Made by a program: the position numbers and the translations under genes. This document shows positions 59,698-64,000 of a stretch of 64,000 bases of DNA, in pieces. Every line of letters begins with the position of its first letter. The stretch's first letter is position 1. The DNA lies in assembly GCF_009914755.1 (NCBI RefSeq), contig NC_060942.1; one strand, given 5' to 3'. The DNA is from the human T2T-CHM13v2.0 reference genome, Homo sapiens. A model generated the notes under the pieces. The model saw only the letters and a program-made list of their open reading frames with translations, was not told the DNA's origin and ran no database searches.

Positions 59698-61047
59698 TAG
59701 TGTACCATATTAAATTGTTATTATCTAGGATTTTATTTTATTTTTTTTGGAGAGGGACATGAATGATATACAAAGGAGAATCATTATGTTCTACTTTTGT
59801 GAAGTTGCTTGTTTATTTGTGTTGATTCTGGTATTTCCATATCTGAGACAATTTTATTTTCAGAATACATAATAACATGCCAAGTGTGGTGATTTTTCCT
59901 TGACTAGTTTTTATACATGATTAGAATACCTTTTCAAAATTCTGGTTGGATCCTGTCTGAAATAAATGAGTAACCTCAATTGAATACTTAGGTTTCTTTT
60001 GAGCTCTTTGAATTAGATTATCCCTTTCTGCAACTTTCAATTCAAATGGGAAAAGCCGCAGGAGATGTCTCCGATTGTTAATAGTAGAGGTATCTGATTC
60101 AGGTACAATTGAACAATCATTTCTCACATTATATTTTAAAAGTTGACTTTGCAAGATATATAGCACATTTTATAGCTACATATTTGTGCAAGTTTGCTAT
60201 TAAACACCTATAAAAGGCAATTGTCCATTTAAAGTTGGACACATTTAAAATGTGTAATTCTGTATTTATGGATCTTAATTGCATAATGATTCAATAATAT
60301 AAGGCTGAATTATTCTATGATCTTTTTTTGGAATAAATTTAGAAATAAAGAGTAATTTTCTCGTAAAATTGTTTAATATTGTATGAACGGAATCTCAAAT
60401 AATCTACATGAATATTTCACTAGAGAATTTAAACAATGCCACCCCATTTGTTTATTATCTGACACGTGATTATCAGATTGCTTTACTAACTCTGAATATA
60501 TCAACTTCTGACCATTTCAACATGCAAACTTAAATTGATTACTGGAGTGTCCAATGCTCTAGTTAATCCACTGTAAATGGGAATTGTGAAGCCCAATTTT
60601 AGAGTTTGTATAGTTACCAATGTTCATTGTATAAATACATATTTTCCTCAATGATTGCTTCTTTTCAGAGTTTGCATCAAATCAGTCCACAAACTTAAAT
60701 ATCACATAATGATAGTCTTTTGAATAATGTGTATATAAATATATATATCTGTATATATTTACATGTATATTCTCATATGCATCTTATTTAATTTGTAGAA
60801 ATGTGTGTCTCTGATATCAATATGTATCTATCTTAGCCTGAATAAAAATAGATTATCAAAGATATAAAAATGATTCCAACATTATTTATAATGGTTTACT
60901 GCTAGTTTTACCCATTTGAAAATATTTTTGTGATGACATACTGTAAAAGGGATCTGTGGGAAAGATCAACTTGCTGTTATAGATTCAGTTAGAACAGGTA
61001 TTATTTCCTTTGTTGAAACACTAACGAGAAGGACTAAAATAGAAGCA

Positions 61048-61245
61048 ATTATTGAGCTCTTACTACATTTCTTTCCCCTTAACAGATATTTCACATATAT
61101 TATGTCATTTCATATTCATTACTATATTAATTTGGCATTATTTTCAGATTTTAAAAAGGAGGAACTGAGATTTAGGCAGGCAAACTATCTTGCCTAAAAT
61201 GAGTGTTAAACCTAGGATCCAAGCCCATATCTGTTTGACTAATGA
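61048..61245 (-). mobile_element. MIR SINE
   Basis: attattgagctcttacta...ttcacatatattatgtcattt...ggaggaactgagatttagg...cttgcctaa...ggatccaagcccatatctgtttgact. Confidence 0.75.
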
Positions 61246-64000
61246 TGGATCAACTGTCATTTCACTTCAGTATATTTAACTCATTTTGTATGCTGATAAC
61301 TTAATGAATCTGTGGGAGGAGGCTATTTCCTTCTACTCTTTGTTATTTATACTTTTATGATAAAATGACTGCTGCACTATTTTTGTAAGTATCTTAACAC
61401 TTCTTAAAATCTGAAACATTAACAAGATTAGAAATACTCTTTCAATTTGGTTGGCAAAAAAGATTATCGCTGTAAGTGAATTCCAAAATGAGTGTGTATG
61501 AATGAAAATAAGAAAAAAAAACTGAGGCAATGAGAAGAGTGAAAAAGTGTGAGGGCAAAGGAAAAGTAAACCCAGCAATGATTATTGACAGGAGCCTCTT
61601 TCAGAATGGTCTAGAAGTATTAGGCTGTATAGCTCTCTCTAGTTCATCCATACACTTGCTTTTTCTGAGAAGGATGGGTGAATCCAAAAGCTTTGTGCCA
61701 GATTATATTCACTGTGCAAACTTTCTGCCCTGTTTGAACTGGCCAAATATAAAGAGATCTAACTTTTGAGAACAGATAATGAAAGAAGGATCGTATTAAA
61801 TCCTGTACAATGGTGCAAAAATCAAAGCTTTATAAAAGTTTCCTTACTCAAGAAAATATATGATGCTTTCACAAAAGAACAAAAATATTAGATCGAAATC
61901 ACAAAAAGAAAAGCTGTCGTTATAAAAAGAGTCTTTAATTTAAACCATATTAATAAATGCACCATGAACTCCCAAAAACGGAAAGGTGTCAGTCACTTGA
62001 AGCCTGTTCTTCTTTTCATATTTTAGGCTCCTGGGCCAGTGTTCAAGTGGTTGTGAAATTTTAGTTGTTGATGACAGTTATTGCTCACCTTCCTAAAACT
62101 GGCCTTTAAAATGACTTTTGTGCTTTAATGCAGATGGAAAAATCCTTCATTCTGGTGATCAGTTTCACAGCCTCAGAAACAGTGCAGTCAATCACATGTA
62201 GTGCCTGATGGATGTGTCAGGCAATAAGCATAGCTATAGCTGTTTCAAGGCCACTGACTTGAAATCTGCAATTTCACCTGATTCCTTTAAGCCTATGGCT
62301 TTGAGGTAAACCAAGGGTCAGCAAAAGTGTTCTCTTCTGCACAGATCACTTGAAACACCAAAGAACGAGTTAAGCAGATTGAATATTGATATAGAAAGTA
62401 CCTTCAAGTTATTAATAATTTCAACAATTCCAACAATAGAAAAATAAAATTTCATTAAAAGCATTTTAACTTTATTCATTGTTGAAGAGTTTATTACAAA
62501 GTATTTCTGAGGACAATGTATTTGATTCTTGATAAGTAGCTTATTACACTGAGTTCTTTATTTTTATGGACAATGACAGAAGAAAAACTCTGTTTATATT
62601 GTTAAACCAAGGCTAAACATATTATAAAATGTAAAATGAAATTATCCAAAGAAAATGCAACAATAAAAACATCTATGCAAGCCACATCTTGAGTTTTAAA
62701 AATCCAAATAACTGATATAAAAATACTATTTTTTACTTGGATTCGCATTCAATTTTTTTTTGTTTTTATACATACTTCTAACATTTTAAAACACATTTTA
62801 TAATATGTGAAATAATTTTATTTCTTTTGCTTGAATTTTTGTCTTTAATTCAGCTTTCATCGTTTTATTAAAAAATATTTATTTTATGCCTGGTATATGT
62901 CAGACACATTGAAAAATTACATTTTAGGTTCTGAGATTAAATGACCAAATATTATATTTTTTATTCATAAAATATTGCTATTCAGAGATGAGTCAGAATT
63001 ACATATTACAGACATATTTTAGTAACAAAAGAATGTAGTCATTAAGCTATGTCAACTCTCATTGTTATTTTAAATCCAGGTGAATCAATAAGAAGTTTTA
63101 CATTCATCTATAGAAAGAGCAATAAACTTTAAATTGGTCTTTAAATTGTTCCTCTACGTGAAGAAGTAATTAGGTTCTCAGTTTTGGAGAGGTCAAACTT
63201 TCACCAACTGTACAAGTGTCCATCCCTGAAGCTGTATTCATTAACGTAGTAATGAGCTGTTGAAATAGCAATGCAGAACAAAGCTACAATGCAAGGAAAC
63301 TAATTGGCTTAAGGATATGTTCAGCTATCCTGCTGTTCTAGAGACAGATGCTTTTTTATATAAGATGGACACTGAATTCCATTATTGGTGAAACATGATG
63401 CTCTCTCTGTTCACAGGTCCCAGACTCATGAATTTCTGAAAACTTAAATTTTAGATCTCCTGATGTTGTTCAGCAATTCGAGCAAAATGTCCCGGAAATC
63501 TTCTTTAGTGTTTTCCAGGGAAGTCTTGTTAACAAAGCAAGGTCTTCTTGAGTCCCATGTTTACAGAAGACCCTGCTCACAGAACGATCTCATCTGTTTT
63601 ATCTTCAGTGGTACCTCAGTTACCTTTCCTTTGCTGCATGGCCCCAGATCATACCAATAAGCCATCAAGTATAGGTCATCAAGCAACAGTTCAAAGAAAA
63701 AAAAATCAGTAACATTTCTATATCACCCTTGGAGAAAAGAAGACATCTTAGAGCACACAGCATTCTGATGGTGGCTGAATGCCAAATGCCACATTATTAT
63801 TACAACACATTTTGGTAACAAGTGGCAGGAGCTTTGTTTCTGTCTTGAAACACCTCTTCTGCATATGTAGATGTAAATCCTATTGGAGTCATAGTTTCAA
63901 TAATAATTTATTTTCATGTACTTGGCCATTTAGAAACCAGCCTGCTAGAGGCTAGCTCTTTACATGCATGGACTTCTCTCTTCCTCATTCCTATGCCCCT

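Overview
AT-rich primate genomic DNA, almost certainly human because it carries an AluYa5 with all five diagnostic changes. It reads as intergenic or deep intronic sequence. I recognised no cellular protein-coding gene, RNA gene, CRISPR array or operon-like system. The ORF-track entries are either chance ORFs or frames inside Alu, L1, LTR12 and ERV-L relics. The window contains 16 Alus, a long decayed L1PA15/16-type element, several solo LTRs (LTR12C, LTR1/LTR28-like, LTR54-like, MER67-like, THE1, MLT1, MLT2), a rearranged ERV-L gag-pol relic, Tigger3, MADE1, and MIR/L2 fragments. The most interesting signals are structural: (1) a complex direct + inverted + templated-snippet rearrangement at 0.18-1.75 kb; (2) an old L1MB with twin-priming inversion geometry, split by an ERV-L that lacks its 5' LTR and has an inverted segment; (3) a near-pristine AluYa5 that may be polymorphic; (4) an LTR12C nested in an older LTR and facing another LTR; (5) several local non-TE duplications. 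Subfamily names come from recalled consensus sequences, not from a database search. Boundaries are approximate where no TSD is given. I found no evidence for a genuinely new biological system.
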